The notes below the pieces were generated by a model that saw nothing but the letters and a program-made list of their open reading frames with translations, searched no databases and was not told where the DNA came from. A DNA stretch of 64,000 nt from Obrimoposthia wandeli (taxonomy: Eukaryota). The stretch covers positions 124,001 through 188,000 of the forward strand of contig CDROCS010001101.1 in the NCBI GenBank assembly GCA_977020255.1, read 5' to 3'. Below, in pieces: positions 18,758-29,315 of the stretch. Position numbers and translations under genes: made by a program. Numbering within the stretch: position 1 is the first letter of the stretch; every line of letters begins with the position of its first letter.

Positions 18758-20437
18758 TTACTTTAACTTGAAGTAACTTATCGAACTGAGTAACTCTTTG
18801 CTTAGATCTGATAGTGAAGATGCAGAGGACATTGATACTTGCGCCCGCGTGGTATTTTCTACGCTAACTTGGTTCACATCGTTGACGTTGGTTTGGATCT
18901 CATCAAGTGTATTAGTTTGTTGCAATGACGCTGCCGATGTCTCTTTAGCTATGTCTTTAATTTGACTCACAGACATGTTTATCTCGTCAATCACATTACC
19001 TGCATTGGATACATGCTTAACACTTTCGAGTGATTTTGAATGACTGTTGTTAATCGTTGATACAGCCACCAGCGTACTCTGCTTAAGTGTATCCAGTGTT
19101 ACATGAATTTCTGCTGTTGCGTCTTGTGTCCGCTGGGCCAAGTTTCTAACTTCATCTGCAACAACGGCAAAACCACGACCTTGTTCACCAGCGCGCGCAG
19201 CTTCAATTGCTGCATTTAAAGCAAGCAGGTTTGTTTGATCAGCAATACTTTTGATTACTTCTAGAATAGAAGTGATATTGTCAGCTTGACTATCGAGTTG
19301 CTGAATAGCAGATACCGAATTTTCAATTTCACCCGCTAAACTTTCAATCGAGCTAATTGTTTCATTAACAATAACCTTGCCTTTAATCGCTGATTCAATC
19401 GCATCATCTGATTTAGTTAATGCGCCGTCAGCATGGGCAGAAACCTGAGTTGAGACAGAATACAACGCGTCAACAGATCCTGAAAGTTTAGTCATTTGTG
19501 AATGTTGAAATTCAGCATCTTCTATTCTTTGTTTATTATCGTTAAGCAAACCGTCTGTCGAAGCATTCAAATTATTAGCCAGTGAAGTAACCGATTTAAA
19601 AATGCTATTTAGATTATCGGTCATACTAAATACCGAACGTTTTATTTCACTAATCTCGTCTCGGTTATCGCCAGCTTCAATTGAACGACTTAGATCCCCT
19701 TCTGCTAAGGAATGAGTCACAGACACGATAGATTGCAAATCACTTTTAAGCCTACGCAGCATTGATAAAGACATAACAATCACGATAAGAAATATACTTG
19801 CAGCAAGGAGCATAGATTGAAGCACAATTTGATTCTGAGCCGCGATGATTTGTTTTGAACGAATACTTGCCAATTCATCATGCATTTTATTTATTATATC
19901 AATAGTGGCGATAACTGGAGGGAAAGCTTGATGCGCGGCCTTTTCTGCTTTTTTACGTACAACAAAAGTGGCTTTGGTTAACCAAACATCCGTTAATGTT
20001 GATAGCGAGGTGTTAAGGTGCTTTGCTTGTGTAACAAGTTGATCTCGAGTATTGAGTATGCCGTCAGCTTGACTAAGTGTTAGTACAGAGTTCCATTCAC
20101 TTTCAAGCGTGTGACTAGCTGTCATTAAACTCGCAACATAATCATTAATAAGTGTTTCAACTTTACCCGTGGCCGCTTCTAGCTCTGCTTGCTCTACAGC
20201 CCTTGCTGAAAACTTCATGCCAACGTCTTCTGAAAATTCGTAAGCCTTAAGAATGTCTTTCCATTTATTATTTATGTTTGAATAAAACTGCCTAATTTCA
20301 GAATCGAGTTCAATATTATCGACAACTGCACGACTATTAACGATTAAATTGACAGAGATAAATAGCAGCGAACACAGTAACACCATGACAAGGCTAGATA
20401 TTTTAAATGATAACGTAACGTTTTTGAGTAGGTTCAA
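18758..20437 (-). CDS. Methyl-accepting chemotaxis protein
   Basis: TM-periplasmic domain-TM-HAMP layout and the signalling hairpin [34 protein letters not shown]. Confidence 0.96.
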   Translation of the reverse strand: MNLLKNVTLSFKISSLVMVLLCSLLFISVNLIVNSRAVVDNIELDSEIRQFYSNINNKWKDILKAYEFSEDVGMKFSARAVEQAELEAATGKVETLINDYVASLMTASHTLESEWNSVLTLSQADGILNTRDQLVTQAKHLNTSLSTLTDVWLTKATFVVRKKAEKAAHQAFPPVIATIDIINKMHDELASIRSKQIIAAQNQIVLQSMLLAASIFLIVIVMSLSMLRRLKSDLQSIVSVTHSLAEGDLSRSIEAGDNRDEISEIKRSVFSMTDNLNSIFKSVTSLANNLNASTDGLLNDNKQRIEDAEFQHSQMTKLSGSVDALYSVSTQVSAHADGALTKSDDAIESAIKGKVIVNETISSIESLAGEIENSVSAIQQLDSQADNITSILEVIKSIADQTNLLALNAAIEAARAGEQGRGFAVVADEVRNLAQRTQDATAEIHVTLDTLKQSTLVAVSTINNSHSKSLESVKHVSNAGNVIDEINMSVSQIKDIAKETSAASLQQTNTLDEIQTNVNDVNQVSVENTTRAQVSMSSASSLSDLSKELLSSISYFKLK

Positions 20438-20488
20438 GCTAAATCCTTGCTTTAGTTAATTCTGTCGAAACACAATAATGAGGAAACA

Positions 20489-20534
20489 GTTAGTGAAATG
20501 TTAATTATTATAATTCCGTTAACATTTCACTAAC
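20489..20534. repeat. Perfect 16-bp inverted repeat with 14-nt spacer
   Basis: GTTAGTGAAATGTTAA ... TTAACATTTCACTAAC, between the amylase stop and the MCP start. Confidence 0.7.
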
Positions 20535-20705
20535 CCTACATTACGTATACGAAGAATAGAAGTCATTTCCACAAAAAATGCTTTGTAGAATAGGATTTAG
20601 CCCTTGTTATACTTACATTTGAATACACATTTGCCATTATTGAGTCACGTAACAGCATGTTACGCTAGCTGAAATTGTTGAACTAGATCATATCAACTAT
20701 TGCTA

Positions 20706-22769
20706 TTACCCTTTAGGATTACCTGCAAACGCGACAACGACGGTATCAGTACCTAGCGTACGGGAAAATGCATAACCATTTGTCTGTTTAATCTCTTGGT
20801 GGTCACCTGCGCCAATAGCAGGATGAGCTTGCCTAAATTGCCCAAGTATTTGCCAATGTTTGAGTAATTGTTGGCGGTCAGTATCAAGTGTCCATGTCAT
20901 ATCAGAACGAGTCCCCTGATGAAAATCATCGGCATAAGGACCAATATTCCGAGCGACTTCATCACCATAGTAAACTTGAACAGCACCTGGACTTAACAGC
21001 AGTGCACTGGCTGCATTACGCTGCATATCAAAAGACTTAAATCGACCAAAGAAAAGCTCGGTATCATGGGATGACATATAACTAACGGGATTAAAATCAG
21101 GTTGTTGTTTTAACGTATCCGCATAACTTTGGTATGTATCAGCCATCTGACTAAAACAACTCGCGCCTTGATCCATCTTTTTCTGCATATCGAAGTTGAT
21201 CAGCGCGTCGAACCCTTCATCATAATAAGGGCTGCGATAAGCACTGTGTCCCCAAACTTCTCCCATCATCCAAAATGGTTCTCCTGTTTTACCATTCTCT
21301 TCACGCCAGTCTTCTAAGCTTGTTGTCGCCGCTTCTTTCAAGCTAAGCCATACGTCACCAGACACATGCTTTACAGTATCGACTCGATAACCATCAATAC
21401 CAAAACGTCTTACCCAATCTGTTTGCCATTTAATGAGGTAATCAGCAACGGTATAATTGTCACGATTAATCACTCTTGTACCGGGATTATCCAATAGCCA
21501 TTGCGGAGGTTTAACCGTTTTAGTCGATTCGGTGATGAAATCAGGTAATCCAGCCAGTGAAAGCGTGCGATCATTGGTGCCAGGTTTGGGATAATGAGGT
21601 AAGTCAGCACGAACCCAATCACCGCCCCACCAGTTACTCCATTCAACATTGTTATAATCGATATTATCATTGAAACTGTGCCAATTTTTGCCTTTGTTCG
21701 GTTGCCAGTTTGCCCATTGTGTAGGCCAGTTTTGCGCTGGGTTAACAACCGCAATATTGTCACTTTGCAGATCTGTTAACGTTGCATATCCCGCGTGGTT
21801 GATGACGACATCGAGCAATACTTTAAGGCCGCGTTTATGCGCCTCTTCAACAAGACGTTTGAGATCCTCCTCATTACCAAAGTTGTTATCTATTTTAGTG
21901 AAATCACGAGTCCAATAGCCGTGATAACTATAAAACGGAAAAGAGCCAGCATCACCGCCACCCACAAATCCTTGAACTTGCTCGACAATAGGTGAAAGCC
22001 AAATAGCAGTGGTACCTAAGCTTTGGATATAATCGAGTTTCTCAATGACGCCTTTTAAATCTCCACCATGAAAGGTACCAACTTCATCCTTACCGTCTTT
22101 ACGACGACCATAGCTATTATCGTTACTTGTATCTGCGTTATTAAACCTATCGATCATAACAAAATAGATATTTGCATTACGCCAGTTAAACTCAGCCTTT
22201 TTGACTGGTTTATGCATAGGCTCTAACAATATTAACCCACCACTATTAATGGCTGGCGTAAGAGTGACTTGCTGTTGAGTAACGCTTACAACCTGCCCAC
22301 TTAGTTTATCTGTTAATTGTGTTCCGTCTTTGTAGGTATCGCCTAGGTCAATGGTCACCTCACCACCTTTATATGAATCACATTGAACTTGCGGTAGAGG
22401 ACGTTTAAATGCTTTTTTAGTTGATTTTTTGGCTTGGCGATTGATTAATATGGTTTTATTGGCGGCGTCAAAGGTAAATGCATAATCGCCAGTGAACCTT
22501 ATTTTGATGGGTAGCTCAGTCGGTGAAGCGCAATTCAAGCTCAAAGGTTGATTAAACTTTACCTTTTGGTCTTTATTCGCGATACAGGTTCCTTCAATAC
22601 CGGTCACTTTTAAGGTGTAACTTGCTTTAGTCAGAGGTACCACCAACGGCGATTCACTGTTAAGTGGGAAATCTCGACTATTGGTGCTGGTTGAAATAGT
22701 GAGATTAGGGGATGCAAACACACTTGGGCTAGCAAGTAAGAGTACAAGCGTTATCTTATTGAATTTCAT
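20706..22769 (-). CDS. malS: Periplasmic alpha-amylase (GH13, MalS-like)
   Basis: Signal peptide; GH13 regions DVVINH, GYRVDTVKH, GEVWGH, SSHDT; YFVMIDRF. Confidence 0.88.
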   Translation of the reverse strand: MKFNKITLVLLLASPSVFASPNLTISTSTNSRDFPLNSESPLVVPLTKASYTLKVTGIEGTCIANKDQKVKFNQPLSLNCASPTELPIKIRFTGDYAFTFDAANKTILINRQAKKSTKKAFKRPLPQVQCDSYKGGEVTIDLGDTYKDGTQLTDKLSGQVVSVTQQQVTLTPAINSGGLILLEPMHKPVKKAEFNWRNANIYFVMIDRFNNADTSNDNSYGRRKDGKDEVGTFHGGDLKGVIEKLDYIQSLGTTAIWLSPIVEQVQGFVGGGDAGSFPFYSYHGYWTRDFTKIDNNFGNEEDLKRLVEEAHKRGLKVLLDVVINHAGYATLTDLQSDNIAVVNPAQNWPTQWANWQPNKGKNWHSFNDNIDYNNVEWSNWWGGDWVRADLPHYPKPGTNDRTLSLAGLPDFITESTKTVKPPQWLLDNPGTRVINRDNYTVADYLIKWQTDWVRRFGIDGYRVDTVKHVSGDVWLSLKEAATTSLEDWREENGKTGEPFWMMGEVWGHSAYRSPYYDEGFDALINFDMQKKMDQGASCFSQMADTYQSYADTLKQQPDFNPVSYMSSHDTELFFGRFKSFDMQRNAASALLLSPGAVQVYYGDEVARNIGPYADDFHQGTRSDMTWTLDTDRQQLLKHWQILGQFRQAHPAIGAGDHQEIKQTNGYAFSRTLGTDTVVVAFAGNPKG

Positions 22770-22922
22770 ATGCCGACCTTAGTTATTCCATTAGCTATTC
22801 TATTAGTTAATATCATCATAAAATAGAATAATAGGTCGAACATCATCCTTGCTAACTACGCCCTCAATAGTTAACTAGATCAAAGTTTTAGCACTATAGG
22901 GTGGAGATTAGACATGCAGTAT

Positions 22923-23387
22923 TTACCCTTTGACTAATTTTCGTTTAATAACATGATCCAATGCAAAACGTCCTCCGCTAAAGATCACTATTTGTAATAA
23001 CAAAGTTCCCCACAATACGTGTTGTGCATATGCAGCAGCCGCGATGTCTTCTAAACTAATCACAGCGACAATATTAACGAAAAATAAGCCAAACGCAGAG
23101 AATCGACTCGCTAATCCAGCCATTAACAGCAGAGGTAAAATTATTTCCGCAGCCGTACCTAAGTAAGCAGCGAGTTCATAAGGCAATAAGGGCACACTGT
23201 ATTCTTCTTCAAACAAAAATAACGTGCTATCCCAATTATTTAACTTTGTTAATCCCGACGAAAAGAATGCCCAACCGACATAAATACGCGCAGTTAATAA
23301 CGCGACAGGTTCTAGCATAGTCACCTTTGCAACGACACGTCGATAGACTTGATGCGCTGATGACAATAGTGAATTTGAATTGTTCAT
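22923..23387 (-). CDS. DoxX family membrane protein (BufD-like)
   Basis: AFFSSGLTKL, LFEEEY.VPLLP..LAAYLGTAAE, GGRFALD. Confidence 0.88.
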   Translation of the reverse strand: MNNSNSLLSSAHQVYRRVVAKVTMLEPVALLTARIYVGWAFFSSGLTKLNNWDSTLFLFEEEYSVPLLPYELAAYLGTAAEIILPLLLMAGLASRFSAFGLFFVNIVAVISLEDIAAAAYAQHVLWGTLLLQIVIFSGGRFALDHVIKRKLVKG

Positions 23388-24301
23388 GAATAACTCTCTT
23401 TAAAATAATGAATTAGATTGTTTTCTATCGCGTTAACTAGCCAATCTTGAAAGGAAAAAGGCTGAAAGGAAAAATCAGGGTCGTGTTCTTCTCCATACTC
23501 TTTACTGTTACCGTCTTTGCCACCTTTATCATTTATGGCATCAAGTGACTGAGCAAGTGAATACCCGTCTATTAAAGATTGAGTAAAGCGCCCTTCACTA
23601 CTGGTTAACCTTGTTACGTGAGGTTGGAACTCAGGTCGATAGATCATGACTACATGATCCACCAGCGCTGACGATAAGTATTGATTGGCATTATTCAATG
23701 CTGCTTTACGTTGACTCTCATTGTCATGATGGTGAGCATCATAAATTTCAACAATTGGAAAAGACGTTTTAAGCAATTGCACATTGTCATTAAACGCTAT
23801 AAATATATGTTCGGGTTCACAGCGTCCTAGTATCTCTAACGAATCTTGAGCAAGAGTTTGATCACTACCGTGTAATGCACAATGAACAGACCAATCTAGA
23901 GAAGTACAATCAGCAAGATATGCGTAATCCGCACATATATCAGTTGTAGCGATAAAATGAGCAAACTCACTTCCCCATTGTGCCCAATCACCTTGTGTTG
24001 GAGGTGATGTTTGTAAAAACTGTTTAACTAAAGCGGCGCTTACATCACTATCAAGTAACTCAAACACCGTTGGAAAAGTGATACTGAGTGCGCGCTGAGC
24101 ATTAGCGAGTAAGTTACGACGATAAATATCAATGCCTTGAGCGCTAAACCCATGGCGACTATTTGTAATCTGATTTGAAAGCGGCTTACTTGAAAGATCG
24201 ACACTCCAAATAGCATCTAATAGTCGCTGTTGTTCATTTATATATTGCTCACTTATATACTGTTCATTTATAGCGAGCTCAGTTATATGCTGCTTACACA
24301 T
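23384..24301 (-). CDS. DUF2063 MNIO partner protein (BufC/HvfC-like)
   Basis: GIDIYRRN, ALSITFPTV, F...PP..GDW..WG.EFA.FI; overlaps both neighbouring genes. Confidence 0.8.
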   Translation of the reverse strand: MCKQHITELAINEQYISEQYINEQQRLLDAIWSVDLSSKPLSNQITNSRHGFSAQGIDIYRRNLLANAQRALSITFPTVFELLDSDVSAALVKQFLQTSPPTQGDWAQWGSEFAHFIATTDICADYAYLADCTSLDWSVHCALHGSDQTLAQDSLEILGRCEPEHIFIAFNDNVQLLKTSFPIVEIYDAHHHDNESQRKAALNNANQYLSSALVDHVVMIYRPEFQPHVTRLTSSEGRFTQSLIDGYSLAQSLDAINDKGGKDGNSKEYGEEHDPDFSFQPFSFQDWLVNAIENNLIHYFKESYS

Positions 24302-25217
24302 TGTTAGCTCCTAACGCATGACCTACAGCATTAATGTCTAATACAGAATTTGCTATATCACGTGCCTTTTTTGCTTCGCCAACTAATACTGACCATGTAG
24401 GTAAATCAGAATCCCATTCAACCAATGTTGGTATCGAGCCAAAACGAGTTAATGCTTGGCGGTAGCCTTGCCATACAGCATCAGAAACAGGACGCGCGTG
24501 ATCGTCAATAACCATTTGGCCACCAGCTACAGGACTACAACCCGCTAAATGTATTTGTGCAACGCTATCTACCGGTAATGTATGAATATATTCGCTGACT
24601 GATTGTTGAATATTACCGTCTTCAAAATTTAAGCTATTAACAGCAATGTTATTAATATCTAACAATATTTTAGCGCCGGTACGCTGACATAATTGCGTTA
24701 AAAACTCTGCCTCTGATAGATAACTCTCATCAAATTGCACATAAGCTGACACGTTTTCAATAATGAGCTGACGCCCTAAGTAGGTTTGGACTTTATCGAC
24801 TTGCTCACACATGCGTTTTAAATTGTCATGTGTGTGCGCAATAGGTAACAAATCACCGCTATGTATCAATTGCCCTATGCCTTGTAAGTGCCCCCATGTA
24901 AAACAAGCATGTTCGGACATTAAAAAAGGATCTACCGTTTCGGTTAATTGCTTTAAACGCGTTAAATAACTCGCAGGGATATCTGCTAATGAGCCGAGTC
25001 CCATAGAGGTTGAATGTAAACTGACAGGATATGCCTCCCTTACCTGTTGAAGTACAGATAAGGCAGCGCCACCTTGACCAAAAAAGTTCTCGGAATGAAC
25101 TTCAACAAAGTCGATTTCCTTAGCTAAAGTAATGTCCTTAGTTGAAGTAAGTATGTCGGTAAAGTGTGGGTGTCTTAAACCAACCCCCACTAATATACCG
25201 CTATTGTTTACCGACAT
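24294..25217 (-). CDS. DUF692 multinuclear non-heme iron oxidase (MNIO; BufB/HvfB-like)
   Basis: GVGLRHPH, EVHSEN, SLHSTSMGLG, SEH, IENVS, LLDINN, QIHLAG, IDDH, LVEWD. Confidence 0.93.
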   Translation of the reverse strand: MSVNNSGILVGVGLRHPHFTDILTSTKDITLAKEIDFVEVHSENFFGQGGAALSVLQQVREAYPVSLHSTSMGLGSLADIPASYLTRLKQLTETVDPFLMSEHACFTWGHLQGIGQLIHSGDLLPIAHTHDNLKRMCEQVDKVQTYLGRQLIIENVSAYVQFDESYLSEAEFLTQLCQRTGAKILLDINNIAVNSLNFEDGNIQQSVSEYIHTLPVDSVAQIHLAGCSPVAGGQMVIDDHARPVSDAVWQGYRQALTRFGSIPTLVEWDSDLPTWSVLVGEAKKARDIANSVLDINAVGHALGANNV

Positions 25218-25255
25218 AATATTCTCCTATTTTCCGAGTTCTTATATCCAGCCCT

Positions 25256-25534
25256 TTACTTAGAGGCTAAATATAACTTCTTCGCTTCTTTCTTTGATAA
25301 TCCACCCAGCGTTGAACAAGTACCTTTGGTTACAAGTTTCCATTCACCTTTATCATCACTGAGGCTTGATTGTCCTGCGCATGAATGCGTACCAGCCAAA
25401 TTAGCACAGTCGTTTTGACCTGCTTTAGCGACGCCATAGCACTTTTCTTTTTTACTTGCAGCTTCAGCTGATGCAATGACACCCGTAGACATAACAGCCG
25501 CTAGTGCTGCGCTTACCAATAGTTTGTTATTCAT
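25256..25534 (-). CDS. DUF2282 periplasmic precursor peptide (BufA1, bufferin-type)
   Basis: Signal peptide, then [14 protein letters not shown]...HSCAGQ...EW...GTC (4 Cys). Confidence 0.92.
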   Translation of the reverse strand: MNNKLLVSAALAAVMSTGVIASAEAASKKEKCYGVAKAGQNDCANLAGTHSCAGQSSLSDDKGEWKLVTKGTCSTLGGLSKKEAKKLYLASK

Positions 25535-25543
25535 AATGCTTCC

Positions 25544-26029
25544 TTAATCGTATACGATTTCGATTTGCTCTTCCGTTAAGCCTTTAATATCAACCCAATT
25601 AACTTGTGCAGTTTCGATATAACCAGGGATATCTGTATTCCATTTTTTCTGAACAGATTTATTGTAGTTCAAATACAATTTATCACCACGAATGTGCCAA
25701 GCTGTTGGATCCGTATCTAATTTTTTATTCAACGCCACACCCATTGCGCAAAATCCACCGTATTGTGGTGCGTATTTACTTGGGTCGGCTTTGAATAAGT
25801 CACGGTTACTTGCAGATGAAAACTGATAAATAGCCCCATTGTAAGCGGCCGTATAATCGTTAGATCCTTTCGTTGGCGTGCCTTTGGTAAAGTAAGACAC
25901 AGTATCGTAACCACTAATGGCGATGTCGTTACTGTTGGCGTTAACTTCAATGTTCGCAGCAAAAGTAAGGCTACTTGCTAGCAATGCTGTTGTTATGAAT
26001 GTTGATTTTACAAATGTTGAAAGTTTCAT
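25544..26029 (-). CDS. Exported YHS-domain protein
   Basis: Signal peptide; AISGYDTVSYF, FKADPSKYAPQYGGFCAMG, LYLNYN. Confidence 0.88.
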   Translation of the reverse strand: MKLSTFVKSTFITTALLASSLTFAANIEVNANSNDIAISGYDTVSYFTKGTPTKGSNDYTAAYNGAIYQFSSASNRDLFKADPSKYAPQYGGFCAMGVALNKKLDTDPTAWHIRGDKLYLNYNKSVQKKWNTDIPGYIETAQVNWVDIKGLTEEQIEIVYD

Positions 26030-26221
26030 AATATTCTCCGTTTATTATTGTTAATAAATAATCAAATCAATAATTAAATAACCAAAAGCGTGATGCTATT
26101 TATTTACGTTTTTGAAGATTGTCTTCCTTGGTTGTAAATATAGTACTTTCAATAAGTCTAAAGGGATGACATAGTCCTAGTATTGAACCCAATCGTCCAA
26201 ACCGTTTACTATGAGGTAATA

Positions 26222-27043
26222 ATGGATCCGTTATCAGTCATTCTTCAACGTTTCTCGATGAACACAGATGTTTTTTTCACCGGAAACCTGTGCGGTATTT
26301 CTAATTTCAGTAGAGAACCTAACAAAGGTCACTTGCACCTATTACAAAGTGGCGAGATAACCATTATTGATGAACAGGGAATTTCGCATTTAATTGACGA
26401 GCCAACGGTCATGTTTTTTCCAACACAACATGCCCACCGAGTGATAGCGAGCAAAGATAATCCACCGAAATTGGTTTGTGCCAACATCGTTTATAGTGAA
26501 AATACCGCTAACCCGATTGCGGATGCCTTACCGAGATTGTTATGTTTTAAACTCAGTGAGAACGAAGCGTTAATGAAAACTGCACAATGGTTGTTTGAAG
26601 AGGCATTCAATGAAGACAGCGGTCGCCTGCCAATGATTAACTCTCTTACGGACATCTTTATCATTTACGTGCTTCGCCATGTGATAGATAACAATATAAT
26701 GCAACATGGCCTGCTTGCTGGGCTAGCCCATCCACAACTGTCTAAAGTCTTGTTAGCCATACATGATGCACCGGAAAGACAATGGGGACTCGAAGAGATG
26801 GCAACGCTAGCGTTAATGTCTCGCTCCAAGTTTGCCGATGTATTTAAACGCACGGTAGGTCAAAGCCCTGGGGACTATATAATTGATTGGCGTATTATCA
26901 TTGCTAAAGGGCTATTACAACAAAACAAGCCCGTGTCTATTGTGGCGAATGCCGTGGGTTATGAAAATGGCTCTGCGCTGGCGAGAGTATTCAGGAAGAA
27001 GTTAGGCATATCGCCAAAACAATGGCTTGAAGATACAATGTAA
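26222..27043 (+). CDS. AraC family regulator with N-terminal cupin domain (RclR-like)
   Basis: MDPLS start with GAGGT RBS; GHLHLL; two Cys (NLCG, LVCAN); C-terminal MSRSKFA and VGYENGSALARVF. Confidence 0.85.
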   Translation: MDPLSVILQRFSMNTDVFFTGNLCGISNFSREPNKGHLHLLQSGEITIIDEQGISHLIDEPTVMFFPTQHAHRVIASKDNPPKLVCANIVYSENTANPIADALPRLLCFKLSENEALMKTAQWLFEEAFNEDSGRLPMINSLTDIFIIYVLRHVIDNNIMQHGLLAGLAHPQLSKVLLAIHDAPERQWGLEEMATLALMSRSKFADVFKRTVGQSPGDYIIDWRIIIAKGLLQQNKPVSIVANAVGYENGSALARVFRKKLGISPKQWLEDTM

Positions 27044-27169
27044 TAAAAAAGGGCTAGCGCAATGCTAACCCTTTACAACAAAACCGCTTAATCTAAAACT
27101 AGGCTACTTATCCTTAAACCAAGCCACTTAGCTTTAAATCAAATGACTTAACTTAAAACAAAACTAATT

Positions 27170-28222
27170 TTAAACCAAACTCGTCAACATACTATCTGAG
27201 TATTCAACCAGTTCTTTGCCATCACGAACACGTTCAACATAATCAGGATTGGCAATAAACGGGCGACCTATCGCAAGCAGATCAAATTTATCATCGGCAA
27301 TTGCTTTACTGCCCGCTTCAGCGGTAAAGCTACCCACACCAACGAGAGTCTTGTTATATATGCTACGAACATAACTTGAAGCGCGGCCACCTAAATAGTC
27401 AAATTCCATCGCGTCATCGAAAACACCAATATGCAGGAAGGCTAAATCACGTTTTTCAAGTTCAGGCACAAGGTAATCGAATACAGCACGGTCACGACTG
27501 TCACCAGCCATATTAAAGTATGCACCAGGTGATACACGCAGCGCCGTTCTGTCATTCCCAATACGGGCAGCAATAGCATCAACAACTTCCAATGCGAAAC
27601 GTGACATGTTTTCAGGTGTCTGGCCATATTCGTCAGTACGGCGGTTACTGTCATGATGCAAGAATTGGTCAATTAAGTAACCGTTAGCACCGTGAATTTC
27701 AACGCCATCAAAACCGGCGTCAATCGCGTTAGCTGCAGCTTGAGAATAATCACTGACTAATTGGCTAATCTCTTCAACCGATGCTGCTTTTGGTGTTTGG
27801 TAAGTAAGCTCGCGCATCCTAGGTACTGTGCCTTCAACTACGACAGCAGAAGGTGCGATCACATATGGGTTACCAGTTGCTTTAAAAAAGTGTGGATGTG
27901 CAACACGGCCTGTGTGCCAAAGCTGCGCAAAAATTTTACCACCATTTTGATGTACTGCGTCAGTGACCTTTTTCCAGCCATCAATTTGTGCCGGAGTGAA
28001 GATACCCGGAGTGTTAGGGATCCCTTGGGCATCAGGGCGAATAGTCACGGCTTCTGAGATGATCAACCCCGCTTCACCTCGACGTCCATAGTAATCAGCC
28101 ATATCTTGCGTCGGAACTAATTCATCATCAGCCATACAACGTGTTAGCGGCGCCATAAGAATGCGGTTTTTTAAAGATAACGTCTTATTGAGTTCATAAG
28201 TTTGAAATAAGTTAGCTGTCAT
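27170..28222 (-). CDS. Alkene reductase / old yellow enzyme (NemA-like)
   Basis: LKNRILMAPLTR, QLWHTGR, EIHGANGYLIDQF, GRPFIANPD. The true start is 28222, because the longer track start overlaps the operators. Confidence 0.92.
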   Translation of the reverse strand: MTANLFQTYELNKTLSLKNRILMAPLTRCMADDELVPTQDMADYYGRRGEAGLIISEAVTIRPDAQGIPNTPGIFTPAQIDGWKKVTDAVHQNGGKIFAQLWHTGRVAHPHFFKATGNPYVIAPSAVVVEGTVPRMRELTYQTPKAASVEEISQLVSDYSQAAANAIDAGFDGVEIHGANGYLIDQFLHHDSNRRTDEYGQTPENMSRFALEVVDAIAARIGNDRTALRVSPGAYFNMAGDSRDRAVFDYLVPELEKRDLAFLHIGVFDDAMEFDYLGGRASSYVRSIYNKTLVGVGSFTAEAGSKAIADDKFDLLAIGRPFIANPDYVERVRDGKELVEYSDSMLTSLV

Positions 28223-28263
28223 GGCGGCCTCTGTATATTTGCTATGGATAACGGCATTCATTA

Positions 28264-28331
28264 TTGAATGAACGTTCAAGATATTCTTATTTGAATGATC
28301 ATTCAAGAACTATTTTTGAATAAACGTTCAA
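28264..28331. promoter_or_regulatory. Three TetR-type operators TTGAA-N6-TTCAA
   Basis: Copies at 28264-28279, 28291-28306 and 28316-28331 in the divergent nemA-like / tetR intergenic region. Confidence 0.75.
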
Positions 28332-28404
28332 ATAAGAATATAATAGCGCTATTGCACAACATGATTCAGAAGCAAAGAGTCTTAATAAGAGTGAAGAACT
28401 AGCC

Positions 28405-28986
28405 ATGCGTATAGCAGAATTTGATAGAGAGAAAGTACTGAGATCGGCGATGACCTCCTTCATGGATAAAGGTTATAGCAAGACAAGTATGCAAGATCTG
28501 AAACTGGCGACAGGTTTACACCCTGGTTCTATCTATTGCGCTTTCGAAAATAAACGAGGTTTACTGCTCGCTGCTTTAGAGCAATATCGCTTAGACAGAA
28601 ATACAGAGTTCACCGCTATCTTTACCGGTACATTGCCCGTGTTAACTGAGCTTAAAGCTTATTTAGATAATATTGTTTTAGAATGCCAGAGTTGCGAGGC
28701 CTCTCGCGCTTGTTTACTGACTAAGGCATTGAATGAAGTTGCAGAACAAGATGAAGAAGTCCGTCGTATTATCACGCAACATCTTGCTAACTGGCAATTT
28801 GCGATCACTCAAGTGTTACAAAAAGCGATAGATCAGAAAGAGATTGTGACTGAACGCAACGCCGATTTACGCGCGCACTACTTGATGATGGGAATATATG
28901 GCTTACGTACCTTTGCGCATACGCATCCAGAAGGCAATACCATCAAGCAACTAGCAAAGCAGCTTTATCAAGATGTGTGTCGATAG
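28405..28986 (+). CDS. TetR family regulator (NemR-like)
   Basis: FMDKGYSKTSMQDLKLATGLHPGSIYCAFENKRGL; Cys-rich C-terminal domain; divergent from the OYE gene. Confidence 0.9.
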   Translation: MRIAEFDREKVLRSAMTSFMDKGYSKTSMQDLKLATGLHPGSIYCAFENKRGLLLAALEQYRLDRNTEFTAIFTGTLPVLTELKAYLDNIVLECQSCEASRACLLTKALNEVAEQDEEVRRIITQHLANWQFAITQVLQKAIDQKEIVTERNADLRAHYLMMGIYGLRTFAHTHPEGNTIKQLAKQLYQDVCR

Positions 28987-29315
28987 CGCCTAAAACGACT
29001 AACACCTATAGAGTATTATGCTGATAAAAGGTGATTATGTTAACAGATCGTCAGTAACATTACGTTAATAACACTTTATCCAATAAAATCCCTTTAACTA
29101 AAACATTAAGCCTAAACTACCAATTTAAATCAGTTGGAATCACCAGATATAAAAACAAAAGCACAATTAACCACTACTAATGAACCTTAGTGGTTGTTGA
29201 GTTAATCTTAATATATTGTTAATTTATTTTTCCATGGAGCGGTAAACACTGTATTGAATAGTCAATTATTCTATTAAGTGTCGCTTAAATCAGCTAAATC
29301 ATGGATGGAATTAAT

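Noticed and set aside
22780-22920. Possible MalT and CRP boxes upstream of the amylase
   Set aside because: Only short GGATGA-type and 6/10 CRP-like matches, which are common by chance in AT-rich DNA.
28990-29315. Expected glycine riboswitch upstream of the alanine/glycine symporter (as at V. cholerae VC1422)
   Set aside because: No GGAGA / CCGAAG / CUCUCAGG aptamer motifs are present.
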